From Clostridia bacterium (lineage in GTDB: Bacteria; Bacillota; Clostridia; UBA1381; UMGS1253), in NCBI GenBank assembly GCA_045537695.1, contig JAZSQB010000023.1, positions 15,605-79,604 on the forward strand: 64,000 nt of DNA, in the 5' to 3' direction. Under the pieces are notes generated by a model. The model was not told the origin of the DNA. It ran no database searches and saw nothing but the letters and a program-made list of their open reading frames with translations. This document shows positions 11,264 through 20,987 of the stretch, piece after piece. Position 1 is the stretch's first letter. Every line of letters begins with the position of its first letter. The translations under genes and the position numbers were made by a program.

Positions 11264-12461
11264 CTAATTTTTCATACGCCTGCACTAAAGCTGCGCAGTA
11301 ATCTTCTATACTCAAAATGTTGTCTCTTTCGATTTTACAGTTTTCCCAAAGCGCAGTATAATACGCTTCATTTTCAAGAGTTTCTTTTATTTTCTGCGCA
11401 ATACCTGCAGGCGTTGGCTCGTGGACAAGCGTACCGGTTACGCCGTCTTTTACAAGCTCTGCCATACCACCGCTGTTCATCGTCACCACCGGCACGCCCA
11501 TTGCATGCGCTTCCAAAATAGAAAGTGGGCAGTTCTCATAGCATACAGACGGCAAAAGCAGTACCTTTGCATTTCCCATAAGCTGCGTCAATTTTTGACC
11601 GGTAAGAAAGCCGGCAAGTTTGATATTTTCTATGCCCTTCAGCATATCCTCATCAGGACCGCTACCGGCAACCACAAAGGTATATTCCGGCAAAAGTTTC
11701 GCTGCGCCTGCGATGTTTTCAATGCCTTTTTCTTTAGAAAGCCTACCTACATATACTATGTAATTCTCTGGCTTGCGGCCCGTGTTTGCAAATTTTTCTT
11801 TATTGATAAAGTTATGTATCGTTTGTGTTTTGCCCTTATAATACGGTTTTGCCGCCAAAAGCTTTTTTTCTAAAAAGTGGCTCGGGCAAATAAACAAATC
11901 CACCTTTTTGTAGGTTTGAAGCATTGCATAAAGCTTTGCTTCTATGACACCTAAAGTGCTCTTTACTGTTGAACCGTGAATACATTTATTCTTGACGCAG
12001 TGCAAATGCGCACCCCCGACGCACTTTTCGCAAGGCTCATTTTTATCAAAGTTATACAGAAGGTGATTCGGACAAATCATCTGATAGTCGTGCACTGTCT
12101 GCACAAGCGGAATTCCCTTCTTCTTTATGCCGTAAATAATGGACGGCGTAAGCTGAAAATTAATATTGTTCATATGCACAATATCCGGTTTAAAATCATC
12201 GATAACCTGCATAATTTTCTTTTTGGCTTCCAGAGAATAAATAATTTTAAACGGATAAAGAAATCTTGCAAATCCCTTCGCATGAAAATCCATATTTTGT
12301 GTATATTTTCCCGCAGAATTGCCTACGGTGTTTTGTTCATCATACATCCCGAAATACGCAACCTCATGCCCCATCTTCGTAAGCTGCTCACCAAGATAAA
12401 GCATATAGCTTTCGCTTCCGCCGCGTGGATACAAAAATTTATTGACCATCAAAATTTTCAT
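11253..12461 (-). CDS. GT4 (GT-B, group 1) glycosyltransferase
   Basis: N-terminal MKILMVNKFLYPRGGSE and C-terminal E(x7)E-type region ENCPLSILEAHAMGVPVV. Carries a Cys-rich insertion CPNH...CEKC...C...C. Confidence 0.85.
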   Translation of the reverse strand: MKILMVNKFLYPRGGSESYMLYLGEQLTKMGHEVAYFGMYDEQNTVGNSAGKYTQNMDFHAKGFARFLYPFKIIYSLEAKKKIMQVIDDFKPDIVHMNNINFQLTPSIIYGIKKKGIPLVQTVHDYQMICPNHLLYNFDKNEPCEKCVGGAHLHCVKNKCIHGSTVKSTLGVIEAKLYAMLQTYKKVDLFICPSHFLEKKLLAAKPYYKGKTQTIHNFINKEKFANTGRKPENYIVYVGRLSKEKGIENIAGAAKLLPEYTFVVAGSGPDEDMLKGIENIKLAGFLTGQKLTQLMGNAKVLLLPSVCYENCPLSILEAHAMGVPVVTMNSGGMAELVKDGVTGTLVHEPTPAGIAQKIKETLENEAYYTALWENCKIERDNILSIEDYCAALVQAYEKLVAR

Positions 12462-13762
12462 AACAAAGAATCACTTTCCTCTTCTCGGTTCGCCTCGGAA
12501 ACATAACCAAACATTTTCAGTTCCTGATTGCGCACATCCTCACTAAAACTGTTCCCCATCATCAGCATCGCCAGAACGCCCGTGAGCAACGGATAGTTCA
12601 TTGTATTATCCGTGGAAGATACAACGATGAGATAAACCGTCAGCATAAATGTGATGATTGCGTTGTCCACATTACCATTTCTGCCAAAATACTTTACACG
12701 GACAAGTGTGATGGAGACAAGCCATATAATGTACCCCCAGAAACCCAAATCGATGAAATGTTGCAAAAAGTCGTTATGGACAGATGCAACACCCACATTC
12801 ATAAAGGTATTCAACTGATACGTCAGAAAACCAATACCATTACCTATAAAACCAGGGTGAAACTCATAAAAATCATCTACGGCATTATAAATTTCAACAC
12901 GGCCGCTCGTTTCAATACCTGCTTGTTCCAAAAGCGCAAAGGCATCCGCTTTTATCAAAGCAATATAACCCACAAGCAAAACTACCAAAGCTACCGAAAA
13001 AAACGCAACAAGATTGCTTGCTGTTATTTTACTAAATCGCGCAATAAACTTGAACAGATATCCAAACACAAGTGCAATCACAATTGCAATAATCGCAATT
13101 CGCTTCAGTGCCGCTAAAAAGCAGAACAGCGTTAAGAAAAGCAATATAAAATACAGGATGCTTTTCTTCGGTTTGTAAAGCATATAAATCAAATAGGCTC
13201 CGAGGCAAAACGCGAGTTCGTGAATTTCGGCCTGCACAATAATATCACCTGTCACACCGGCAAAGGTGGTTACAAGGGTTACAAATTCCAAAAAGAACGC
13301 ACTCAGTCCATTCTGGGCAATGATGGTAACAATCATAAGAATGTTGGCAATTAAAATTGCCACAAGATTGTACCATATGCCTTTGCGTCCGAAAATATAC
13401 AGGAGCGCACCGGCACCTAAGGCAAAAGACAGCATATTCGCATAGACAAAAGAACTGGAAAGTCCTCTGGACATAACACCGACATCCACCGTCTCAACAG
13501 ACCATATAAACAGCGAAACTACCGTAGTCACCGCAAGCGGAATACTGTAAACGCATGCTTCTTTAAATGCAGTAACCCCTCTTGCAATATTGGGTTTATA
13601 CAAAAACAAAAGTACGGCAGAACAAGCAAGTACAAGTGCAAAGGCATGGCGGTATGTAACGTGCAAACCCAAATCGATGTATTCGTTTAAAAAATAATAC
13701 ATCATAACTGCTACAACCACAAAATAAAACGCTTTCACTTTTTCAAGTATTTTATTTTCCAC
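12458..13762 (-). CDS. Wzy-type polysaccharide polymerase / O-antigen-ligase-like membrane protein
   Basis: 434 aa with at least 10 TM helices and one larger loop. ATGA overlap with the downstream GT4. Positioned inside the EPS locus. Confidence 0.7.
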   Translation of the reverse strand: MENKILEKVKAFYFVVVAVMMYYFLNEYIDLGLHVTYRHAFALVLACSAVLLFLYKPNIARGVTAFKEACVYSIPLAVTTVVSLFIWSVETVDVGVMSRGLSSSFVYANMLSFALGAGALLYIFGRKGIWYNLVAILIANILMIVTIIAQNGLSAFFLEFVTLVTTFAGVTGDIIVQAEIHELAFCLGAYLIYMLYKPKKSILYFILLFLTLFCFLAALKRIAIIAIVIALVFGYLFKFIARFSKITASNLVAFFSVALVVLLVGYIALIKADAFALLEQAGIETSGRVEIYNAVDDFYEFHPGFIGNGIGFLTYQLNTFMNVGVASVHNDFLQHFIDLGFWGYIIWLVSITLVRVKYFGRNGNVDNAIITFMLTVYLIVVSSTDNTMNYPLLTGVLAMLMMGNSFSEDVRNQELKMFGYVSEANREEESDSLL

Positions 13763-13784
13763 CCCGCCTGCTCACCCTTCCTGC

Positions 13785-15650
13785 TTACAATGCGCTTTTT
13801 TCTTTCAAGTCCGAAACATAGGGCTTCTTGTTTTCAATCGCTTCCGAAAGCAGCTTTCTTGCCGTTTTGTTCTCTTTAAATGTCTCGGCAATACCAATCT
13901 TGTACTCAATCACAACTTCTCTATGCTCGTCGCGTTCATCGAGTCGCAGTCTAAATAGTCTTATAATATCCTCAACTGTAATATAGTCCGCGTCTTCCGT
14001 CAGCATAACAAAGCTGCCAGTACCATTATAAATGTATTCTGTCTTGGTTTTGCCGAAACTTTCTTTAAGATAGTCAGTAAAAATTTTGATGATATCATCG
14101 CCCACTGCTCTTGAATACTCGCCATTGATATGCACAAGATTAGCAATATCCACCAGACAGTAAACCACGCCGTCATCCAACAACTTTTTATCCTTACTCT
14201 TTAAATACTTATCTAAATAAGTTCTGTTGTTGTAGCCCGTAAGATGATCGGTATAGAAAACATAGTTTATGATATCGCCTGCTCTTCCCAAAACAATTGC
14301 GCCACCGGCGCAAAGCACAATAAGAAAGAAAAATGCAATGATTGTATAAAGCGCTACATTCACACTTTCTCGGACAGATGCCGAGGACAGTACGGAAATA
14401 TAGCTTGCGCCAAGGTATTTATTATATTCGTCGTTCGTTTCCATAGTTGTCGCGTAAAGTGAAGTCAGTTCACCCAGCAAGGTATTAATTTCGCCCTCTA
14501 CTTTTTCCCGTATCGCAGCATATTCAGCGTTAGATAACTCTGTACAGGTCAGATTGGAGGTTTTACACTTGCCGCCGCATTTTCCGGTACAATCTGAGAA
14601 AACATCTATCACATATGTACAATAAGCAGAATCGATAATAGCGTGCTCCTTGCTTTCGTTATGATCTCTCCAGCTATAAATCAGTTCATCGTAAGTTACG
14701 GTCTGATCACCGACATAATCCTGCAGATTTCTTTCGTGTAAATTATCTAAAATATATTCATATGTAATGTTCGTATTACCCGACTCTCGCATCTTCTTTA
14801 CATACGCATCGATGACAGAAACCACATCTTTTATGATGCTTTCATCCTTCGTATTTGCAATTTTATTACTGTCTATTCTGGTTGTATAGTCCGACACAAG
14901 CACAGATTTATTCTTTGTAATTTGATACTTATAAATCTGCGAAAAAATGGATGAAACTTTTACTTGTCTCAAATAGTCAAAATCATTTACAAGCTCACTA
15001 AACGACACACCTGTTTCTGTTGAACGGTAATAATTGTTCTGCTCTAATCTTTGATATAATGTAGTCAATGTGGCGTCAATGCTTGTATCAATCAACTCCA
15101 TCATTTCAATATAATCATAATCATTTTTATTGAGATTTTCAATTGTATTGTTCGCCGGCGCAATATTTACATACTTTTGACTAAACTGTTCGAAATAAAC
15201 ATCGAGCGTTTCATCGAGTATAGATCTTGCAAAATCCGGGCCTTCTCCGCTGTTTGCCGCAAAAGAAACAATGAAGGTACTCGGCTCATATATATATTCT
15301 TCGCCCTCTTCTAACTTTGCATCCTTTTGCGCAACTTTATCTTTATCCTCAATCGGTGTAATATTGATTCTGGAAATAAGGCTATCGACCGAATAAATAC
15401 CGGTTAATCCCAATCTGTCAACAACCTTTGAGACAACCGCAGAGGATTTGATTTCATTTACATCCAGCTTATCCCCTGTTGGTGTAAGACCTTTTTCCGC
15501 CTGCGGGTCGTTATAATGAATAACCTCCGAAGCAATATATGTATTCGAAGCAGACAGTTTATAATAAACGACATACGTTGCCAAAACACAAAAAACGATA
15601 ATCAGCGGCAAAAGCTTTTTTAAATATCTAAAAATCTGAAAATTTTTCAT
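13785..15650 (-). CDS. polysaccharide co-polymerase (Wzz/PCP-like) fused to a C-terminal degenerate GGDEF domain
   Basis: 621 aa. TM1 is followed by the Wzz-type motif (SNTYIASEVIHY...EIKSSAVVSKVVDRLGL), then a ~400-aa extracytoplasmic region and TM2. The cytoplasmic part reads DHLTGYNNRTYL...VDIANLVHINGEYSRAVGDD...YNGTGSFVML, a GGDEF fold with GGDEF replaced by GTGSF. Confidence 0.75.
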   Translation of the reverse strand: MKNFQIFRYLKKLLPLIIVFCVLATYVVYYKLSASNTYIASEVIHYNDPQAEKGLTPTGDKLDVNEIKSSAVVSKVVDRLGLTGIYSVDSLISRINITPIEDKDKVAQKDAKLEEGEEYIYEPSTFIVSFAANSGEGPDFARSILDETLDVYFEQFSQKYVNIAPANNTIENLNKNDYDYIEMMELIDTSIDATLTTLYQRLEQNNYYRSTETGVSFSELVNDFDYLRQVKVSSIFSQIYKYQITKNKSVLVSDYTTRIDSNKIANTKDESIIKDVVSVIDAYVKKMRESGNTNITYEYILDNLHERNLQDYVGDQTVTYDELIYSWRDHNESKEHAIIDSAYCTYVIDVFSDCTGKCGGKCKTSNLTCTELSNAEYAAIREKVEGEINTLLGELTSLYATTMETNDEYNKYLGASYISVLSSASVRESVNVALYTIIAFFFLIVLCAGGAIVLGRAGDIINYVFYTDHLTGYNNRTYLDKYLKSKDKKLLDDGVVYCLVDIANLVHINGEYSRAVGDDIIKIFTDYLKESFGKTKTEYIYNGTGSFVMLTEDADYITVEDIIRLFRLRLDERDEHREVVIEYKIGIAETFKENKTARKLLSEAIENKKPYVSDLKEKSAL

Positions 15651-15671
15651 GGTTTTCCTCCCTTGGATGGT

Positions 15672-17051
15672 TTATGCCTTTTTGGGAAACTTTTTTGCAA
15701 TATGACGAAGCATAAAAGCTACATAAGCAAAAGCCGCAAATATCACCAGTGTTTTAAGTTCATTCATAAACGAAATCCCGTAAATAGTTACTGCAATACA
15801 TTGATTCATTTTATGGTTGAAATATTCTCTGCTGGTACTGATTGCTTCTTTTTCAAAGTCTTTGATGCTTGTATAGATAGATTCTATAAGCGCATCTGTT
15901 GACGCAATCAGTTCCGCATCCGTCGTACTTGTTGAAATTTTTTCCAAAACCAGCTTGTTATCCATAATCTCTTTTTCATTGGATGCTACATAATTGCTGA
16001 AATTGGTTGCCAACACGGACAATTCATCTACGCCGACCTTGGTTCGACCCATATAATACTTGCCCGCTTGGTCCCATGTAGGTACGAGTACAACACGTGT
16101 CATTTCCTTGCTGTACATATTAATTGCCTCATTACAGAGCTTATAAGATGCCTCGTTTTTCTGACGGTCAAAATCAATGTTTTTATTCTGATAAGACAGT
16201 CTGTCTACGTACGCCTCTTCATCTCTGACAATACCATTTTGTAAAATCAAAGAGCGCAAATTCTGATTAATCTGCGTTTCCTTAAACTGATACACCTTGC
16301 CGGCAATGGAATTAAACGTACTGCCTTTTTCTGTCACAAAGCTCGGATTCTTCTCTGCCATACCGTAAAGATAATTAAGAACAGCCGTCGTTTCTTTGTC
16401 CAAATACGCTACGATATCCATATATTCCATAGCTTGAAAATCCGGCTTTTCAGTGCCAAGCTTGAAATTATCCGTATATTTCTCTATGTAATATTCCTTG
16501 TAAGCCGCCGTAATCAGCTTAATGACATTTTCCGAATCCAGATGGTTCGTGTCCTTAGATGCATGGTATTCCACAGCAAATTCTGTAGAAATATGGTATT
16601 GCGTTTCATCGTCTACGCCACCTTGCACACATGGATAAACTACAAGACAATTTTTCAGCTGTTTTACCGTTACGTCCTGGAGCGCACCCTTTTTAATGGC
16701 TCTCTCTATAACTTCATCGCTGATGATTTCCGCCATGTTATAACGAGTGCCGTTTGAGTTGAGTGCTTGCGATGCTTCAGAATAATTCAAAGCAATAATC
16801 GCATGCACAGATTTTTTCAATTCAAAATGATTAAAAATCCCATACAGCATCGTTGCGAAAAAGCACAAAAGAATAATCCACACATTGAAATATTCTGCCG
16901 TTTTCAAAATTTGCGTACGTTCTGTCGAATTCACATATTTCGCACGAACAAAAATGGTTATTAAAGATATAAAAAACACTGCAGCAACAACTAAAATTAT
17001 CAGTTTTTGCAATATGGATGTTAGCACGTTTCGTCCACCTCTCGAAATCAA
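15672..17051 (-). CDS. second PCP-like membrane protein (no cytoplasmic domain)
   Basis: 459 aa. N-terminal TM helices, a Wzz-like stretch (AIIALNYSEA...EIISDEVIERAIKKGAL), a long soluble region and a C-terminal TM helix. Confidence 0.5.
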   Translation of the reverse strand: MISRGGRNVLTSILQKLIILVVAAVFFISLITIFVRAKYVNSTERTQILKTAEYFNVWIILLCFFATMLYGIFNHFELKKSVHAIIALNYSEASQALNSNGTRYNMAEIISDEVIERAIKKGALQDVTVKQLKNCLVVYPCVQGGVDDETQYHISTEFAVEYHASKDTNHLDSENVIKLITAAYKEYYIEKYTDNFKLGTEKPDFQAMEYMDIVAYLDKETTAVLNYLYGMAEKNPSFVTEKGSTFNSIAGKVYQFKETQINQNLRSLILQNGIVRDEEAYVDRLSYQNKNIDFDRQKNEASYKLCNEAINMYSKEMTRVVLVPTWDQAGKYYMGRTKVGVDELSVLATNFSNYVASNEKEIMDNKLVLEKISTSTTDAELIASTDALIESIYTSIKDFEKEAISTSREYFNHKMNQCIAVTIYGISFMNELKTLVIFAAFAYVAFMLRHIAKKFPKKA

Positions 17052-18280
17052 AATTTATTCATATCAATTACTACCAGTTCAGGCTGATTGTTTATACGAT
17101 AAACACTCTTGTTTTCCATTCCGGCACTCACCACAAGCGGCTTACCCGCCGTATTATATCTGCCATAAACAAAACTCCCGTTTCGCTCCGGAAACAAGCC
17201 TCCCTCCTGCGTATACAACGGGCCAAATACCGGTACACGCACAACACCACCATGGGTATGTCCGCAAACCATTAAGTCCCCCCAAAACTCAGGTTGAAAC
17301 TCTTCAAAAATAAAAGGTTCGTGCACAGCCGTAATTTTAATGCGGTCCGGATTGCTGTAGATATAATCCGCAAAGCTTTTATCCGTATAGGACCAGAATG
17401 CAGACGGATTAGACGTTAAAACGCCATATATATCCAGCGTCATTGTATCAATCTGTATGGTGTCCTTTTCGTTTTTTAGCACCTTTATGCCGACTGCTTC
17501 GAGTTTTTCTTCAAAGGAATCCGGCACGCGCAACAGCGCTGTTTCATCGCGCGTCTCCTTTGTAAAACCGAGCTTTTTATCCAAAGATTTTTCATTAAGC
17601 GCAAAATCATATATGCTTTCTACTTCGTTGTTTCCGTATATGTAGTAAGACGGTGCAATTTTCGAAAGTCCCTGCCCCAGTGCTACAGCATAATCTGCAT
17701 CCGTTTTGGCGGAATCTACGATATCGCCGGTACAGAGAATGATATCCGGCTTTAACGCTTCCACTCTGTCTAAAAGCACTTGATTATTCTCGCCGTAGGA
17801 ACAGCTGTGCATATCCGATAACTGCACAATGCGTATACTGCGATCTGCCTTCAGGCAGCTTACATTGTAAAAGGTTTCTCTAAAATTTCTGTTGCCAATA
17901 TAACTGGTCAATACAACAATCATAGCCGCTGCGATGCAAACAAAAATCATACCAATCACAAAAAAACGAAGTGCTCTGAGGCTATTTTTTGCCTTCGGTT
18001 TAACTATCTCGCTCTTTTTCTTTTTCTCTATTTCAATTTTCTTTTTTTTACCAAACACAGAATATACACAAGACGCAAGAACATCCTTGCATTCTTTTTT
18101 AAACTCCTTCTTATCCCAGAGACCATGATAAGTTACGATGACCTTCTTTTTACTAATCTCCGCAATTTCGAAAGTGTCTGCCCAAATATTATAGAATTCT
18201 TCAGAAACCGTCTCTTTAAAAATATCAAAAATTTGTTCCTGATATTGTTCTGGTTTTTGATATTTGCTTTTGTTACCCAT
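17048..18280 (-). CDS. membrane-anchored calcineurin-like metallophosphoesterase with extra N-terminal domain
   Basis: Motifs QLSDMH, GDIVD, GNNE and GHTHGG. One TM helix at about aa 100-125. Lys-rich linker. Start at ATG 18280 or GTG 18286. Confidence 0.8.
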   Translation of the reverse strand: MGNKSKYQKPEQYQEQIFDIFKETVSEEFYNIWADTFEIAEISKKKVIVTYHGLWDKKEFKKECKDVLASCVYSVFGKKKKIEIEKKKKSEIVKPKAKNSLRALRFFVIGMIFVCIAAAMIVVLTSYIGNRNFRETFYNVSCLKADRSIRIVQLSDMHSCSYGENNQVLLDRVEALKPDIILCTGDIVDSAKTDADYAVALGQGLSKIAPSYYIYGNNEVESIYDFALNEKSLDKKLGFTKETRDETALLRVPDSFEEKLEAVGIKVLKNEKDTIQIDTMTLDIYGVLTSNPSAFWSYTDKSFADYIYSNPDRIKITAVHEPFIFEEFQPEFWGDLMVCGHTHGGVVRVPVFGPLYTQEGGLFPERNGSFVYGRYNTAGKPLVVSAGMENKSVYRINNQPELVVIDMNKF

Positions 18281-18300
18281 AAACACACAAACCTTTTCTC

Positions 18301-19419
18301 TTATTTTTTATAAAGCATGCAGGTAGCCTCTGCAACATCCTGCCAATTGTACTTGTTTAAAATAAATGTATCCGCGCCATCTCTGAATTTTTCCACGAGC
18401 GTCGCATCATCACAGAGCAATTGCAATTTTTCAGTTAAATCCTGCACATTACCTTTTTTAAAGTAAATTGCCTTATCTTGCGCCACAGATGTATTTTCCG
18501 GAATATCCGAACACAAAAGCGCGTTTTTGAACGCCAGTGCTTCCAAAAGACACAAGGACATACCTTCCAGATCGGACGGCAATACCGCTACATAGGCATT
18601 GGAATATATTTCATTAAGCAAATCACCGGATACAAACCCCGTAAAGATAATATTGGGGTTGCCTGCCGCTTTTTCCTTCAGCATAGCAACATAATCATCA
18701 GTATCGCTCGTGTCACCGGCAATCGCCAGCTTTTTGTCCGTTTGTATTTTGTTATACGCATCGATCAGATAATGGACACCCTTTTCGGCGGTCAGTCTGG
18801 ATACAATGAAGATATAGCCGTCTTTTTCAAGACCGTACTTTTCCGTAATCAACTGCGCTTCTTTTCTCTCCGGCCTTGAAATACCGTTATGAATAATGGT
18901 TGTTTCGCGGTTATAGGTTTCTTTAAAATAATCGTACGCCGCCTGGCTGAGGACAATGACTTCATCTGCATATTTAGCCAGCATCTTTTCACCAAATTTG
19001 ATGTATTTGGATGCAAAACCCTTTCCCCACTTTTCTCTCTGCCAGTCAAGTCCGTGCACCGTAGCTACACATTTTTTGCCAAACAGCTTAGGAATCCACA
19101 AAGCCGCGCATGGTCCTTCCGCGTGAAAATGGACAACATCATAATTTCCAAACGCAGCAGCAATCGCCGCTGTAAACGATGCAATCATTGCCGCAACACC
19201 GCGCACATCCAGCGTCCAAGCATTTTTGATTTTTACGCCTTTGTACATTTTGTTTTGTACTGTACCCACATATTCATTTTCAACCTTGTCCGAAGAACGG
19301 TTATAACAGGTAACATCCAATCCCATTTCAACCAGCATCGGACATAATGTAGTCAAAACATTTTCAATTCCACCACGTCTTGACGGAACAACCTTGTGCC
19401 CAATCATAGCGACTTTCAT
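18301..19419 (-). CDS. GT4 (GT-B) glycosyltransferase
   Basis: MKVAMIGHKVVPSRRGGIE...PSDLEGMSLCLLEALAF. Start at ATG 19419 (ggag RBS) or GTG 19428. Confidence 0.85.
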   Translation of the reverse strand: MKVAMIGHKVVPSRRGGIENVLTTLCPMLVEMGLDVTCYNRSSDKVENEYVGTVQNKMYKGVKIKNAWTLDVRGVAAMIASFTAAIAAAFGNYDVVHFHAEGPCAALWIPKLFGKKCVATVHGLDWQREKWGKGFASKYIKFGEKMLAKYADEVIVLSQAAYDYFKETYNRETTIIHNGISRPERKEAQLITEKYGLEKDGYIFIVSRLTAEKGVHYLIDAYNKIQTDKKLAIAGDTSDTDDYVAMLKEKAAGNPNIIFTGFVSGDLLNEIYSNAYVAVLPSDLEGMSLCLLEALAFKNALLCSDIPENTSVAQDKAIYFKKGNVQDLTEKLQLLCDDATLVEKFRDGADTFILNKYNWQDVAEATCMLYKK

Positions 19420-19440
19420 TCTCTTCACTCCAAATACGAA

Positions 19441-20121
19441 TTATCGACCAGTAGCCGTAAGCATAACAATCGGCGTTTTCAGCATAATTTTCAAGTCATT
19501 TAAGTAAGTTCTTGTCTGTATGTATTCGATATCCATTTCAACCCATTGTTCAAACGGAATATCATTTCTGTTTTTGGAAATCTGCCAAGTACAGGTAATG
19601 CCAGGTGTAACCAACAGGCGTAGCTTTTGATAGTCTGTGTAATATTGCACTTCTCTCGGTAGGGGCGGTCTAGGACCAACCAAGGTCATATCGCCTTTTA
19701 ATACATTGAAGAACTGCATAAGTTCATCCAGCGATACTTTTCTTAAAAACTTACCGACTCTTGTGATACGGGGATCATCCTTTATTTTAAATACAGGACC
19801 ATCCATTTCATTTTGCTTTGCAAGTGCATCTATCATCTTGTCAGCGTTTGCGCGCATGGTTCTGAACTTATACATATAAAACTCTTTGCCATGCCGACCG
19901 ACTCTGATTTGCTTATAGAAAGGTCCGGCGCTTGGATCGTCAATCACGATCACAATGGCAATCACAAACATCAACGGTAAGAAAAACAACAAAATCAAGG
20001 TTGCAAAAAAAATGTCAAATAGCCTTTTCTGCTTCCAAAAGGTTGCGTAGGATTTTTCAATAATTGCCTCCAACTTTTCTCTGGTTTTTTCATCGACTTT
20101 TTCCTGTTCAATATAAGGCAT
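19441..20121 (-). CDS. initiating undecaprenyl-phosphate sugar phosphotransferase (bacterial sugar transferase, WbaP/EpsL-type C-domain)
   Basis: KRLFDIFFATLILLFFLPLMF...FYKQIRVGRHGKEFYMYKFRTM...GDMTLVGPRP, the classic PF02397 pattern. Confidence 0.9.
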   Translation of the reverse strand: MPYIEQEKVDEKTREKLEAIIEKSYATFWKQKRLFDIFFATLILLFFLPLMFVIAIVIVIDDPSAGPFYKQIRVGRHGKEFYMYKFRTMRANADKMIDALAKQNEMDGPVFKIKDDPRITRVGKFLRKVSLDELMQFFNVLKGDMTLVGPRPPLPREVQYYTDYQKLRLLVTPGITCTWQISKNRNDIPFEQWVEMDIEYIQTRTYLNDLKIMLKTPIVMLTATGR

Positions 20122-20987
20122 TACACACACACTTCTTCCACTACTATTTTCATTACAGAATCAAATTCAGTTTTTCTTTCTTTTGCTAAATAAAATTTTT
20201 CAAAAATTATATTTTTTTCTTTCCAATCGGCGCACGCTTTTGTGTAACCCGGATGGAATAAAACTTCTAAGTCTCTTCCGCATTTTACTGCAAGCTTTTT
20301 ATATTTCGGCAAAATCTTACTGACTCTTTCTGCGTCCATTTTTCCCGAAAAAAGGATGCCGAAAAAATACGCAGTAGGTATCTTATATTTCTTTGCCTGC
20401 TTTTTATTCAGCAACCATAAGAATTTCAGTAGCCATTGTTTTATAACATTAACCGCGCTGTAAGTAAAATACAGAGACGGGGTGCTGATAAACGGCAAGA
20501 CCGGCTCTGCCGGAATGCGCATATACTGCAAATCAATTTTTTCATCCTGTAAAACCTGTAACAAGGCTTTAAATACTGCCGGAATCATATGCGTATGCTG
20601 ATGGCTATCAACGCAAAACGCGGCATCCGGTGGCAAAATACTTTTCCAATACAGCACCTGCGCCTTGATTTCTGTGTACACCTGCGCTTTGAACCGCTTT
20701 GAACAAAACAAGCTACGCAAAAACAGTCCGCCAAAGGTATGCTTAAAACTTCCGTTTGGATGTGCTAGCATCCCAACTTCGTCGGCAGGCGCCATACACT
20801 TACCTTCTACGAGGTTTAGATGCAGCGAAAGCCGGATGTTTTTATCCTTTTGCACTTCACGCAAATCCACCTTGTCCAAATTCGGAAATACGCTTACTTT
20901 ATTTAATGCACCTGTATCTATGCACTGTTGTATATGTTTAGACGTGCCGGAGCACAATCCGTAATCATCTGCACAAAAATAAATCAC
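20121..20987 (-). CDS. ChbG/HpnK (YdjC-like) carbohydrate deacetylase family protein
   Basis: N-terminal ADDYGL and DSHQHTHM metal motifs. Confidence 0.75.
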   Translation of the reverse strand: MIYFCADDYGLCSGTSKHIQQCIDTGALNKVSVFPNLDKVDLREVQKDKNIRLSLHLNLVEGKCMAPADEVGMLAHPNGSFKHTFGGLFLRSLFCSKRFKAQVYTEIKAQVLYWKSILPPDAAFCVDSHQHTHMIPAVFKALLQVLQDEKIDLQYMRIPAEPVLPFISTPSLYFTYSAVNVIKQWLLKFLWLLNKKQAKKYKIPTAYFFGILFSGKMDAERVSKILPKYKKLAVKCGRDLEVLFHPGYTKACADWKEKNIIFEKFYLAKERKTEFDSVMKIVVEEVCV

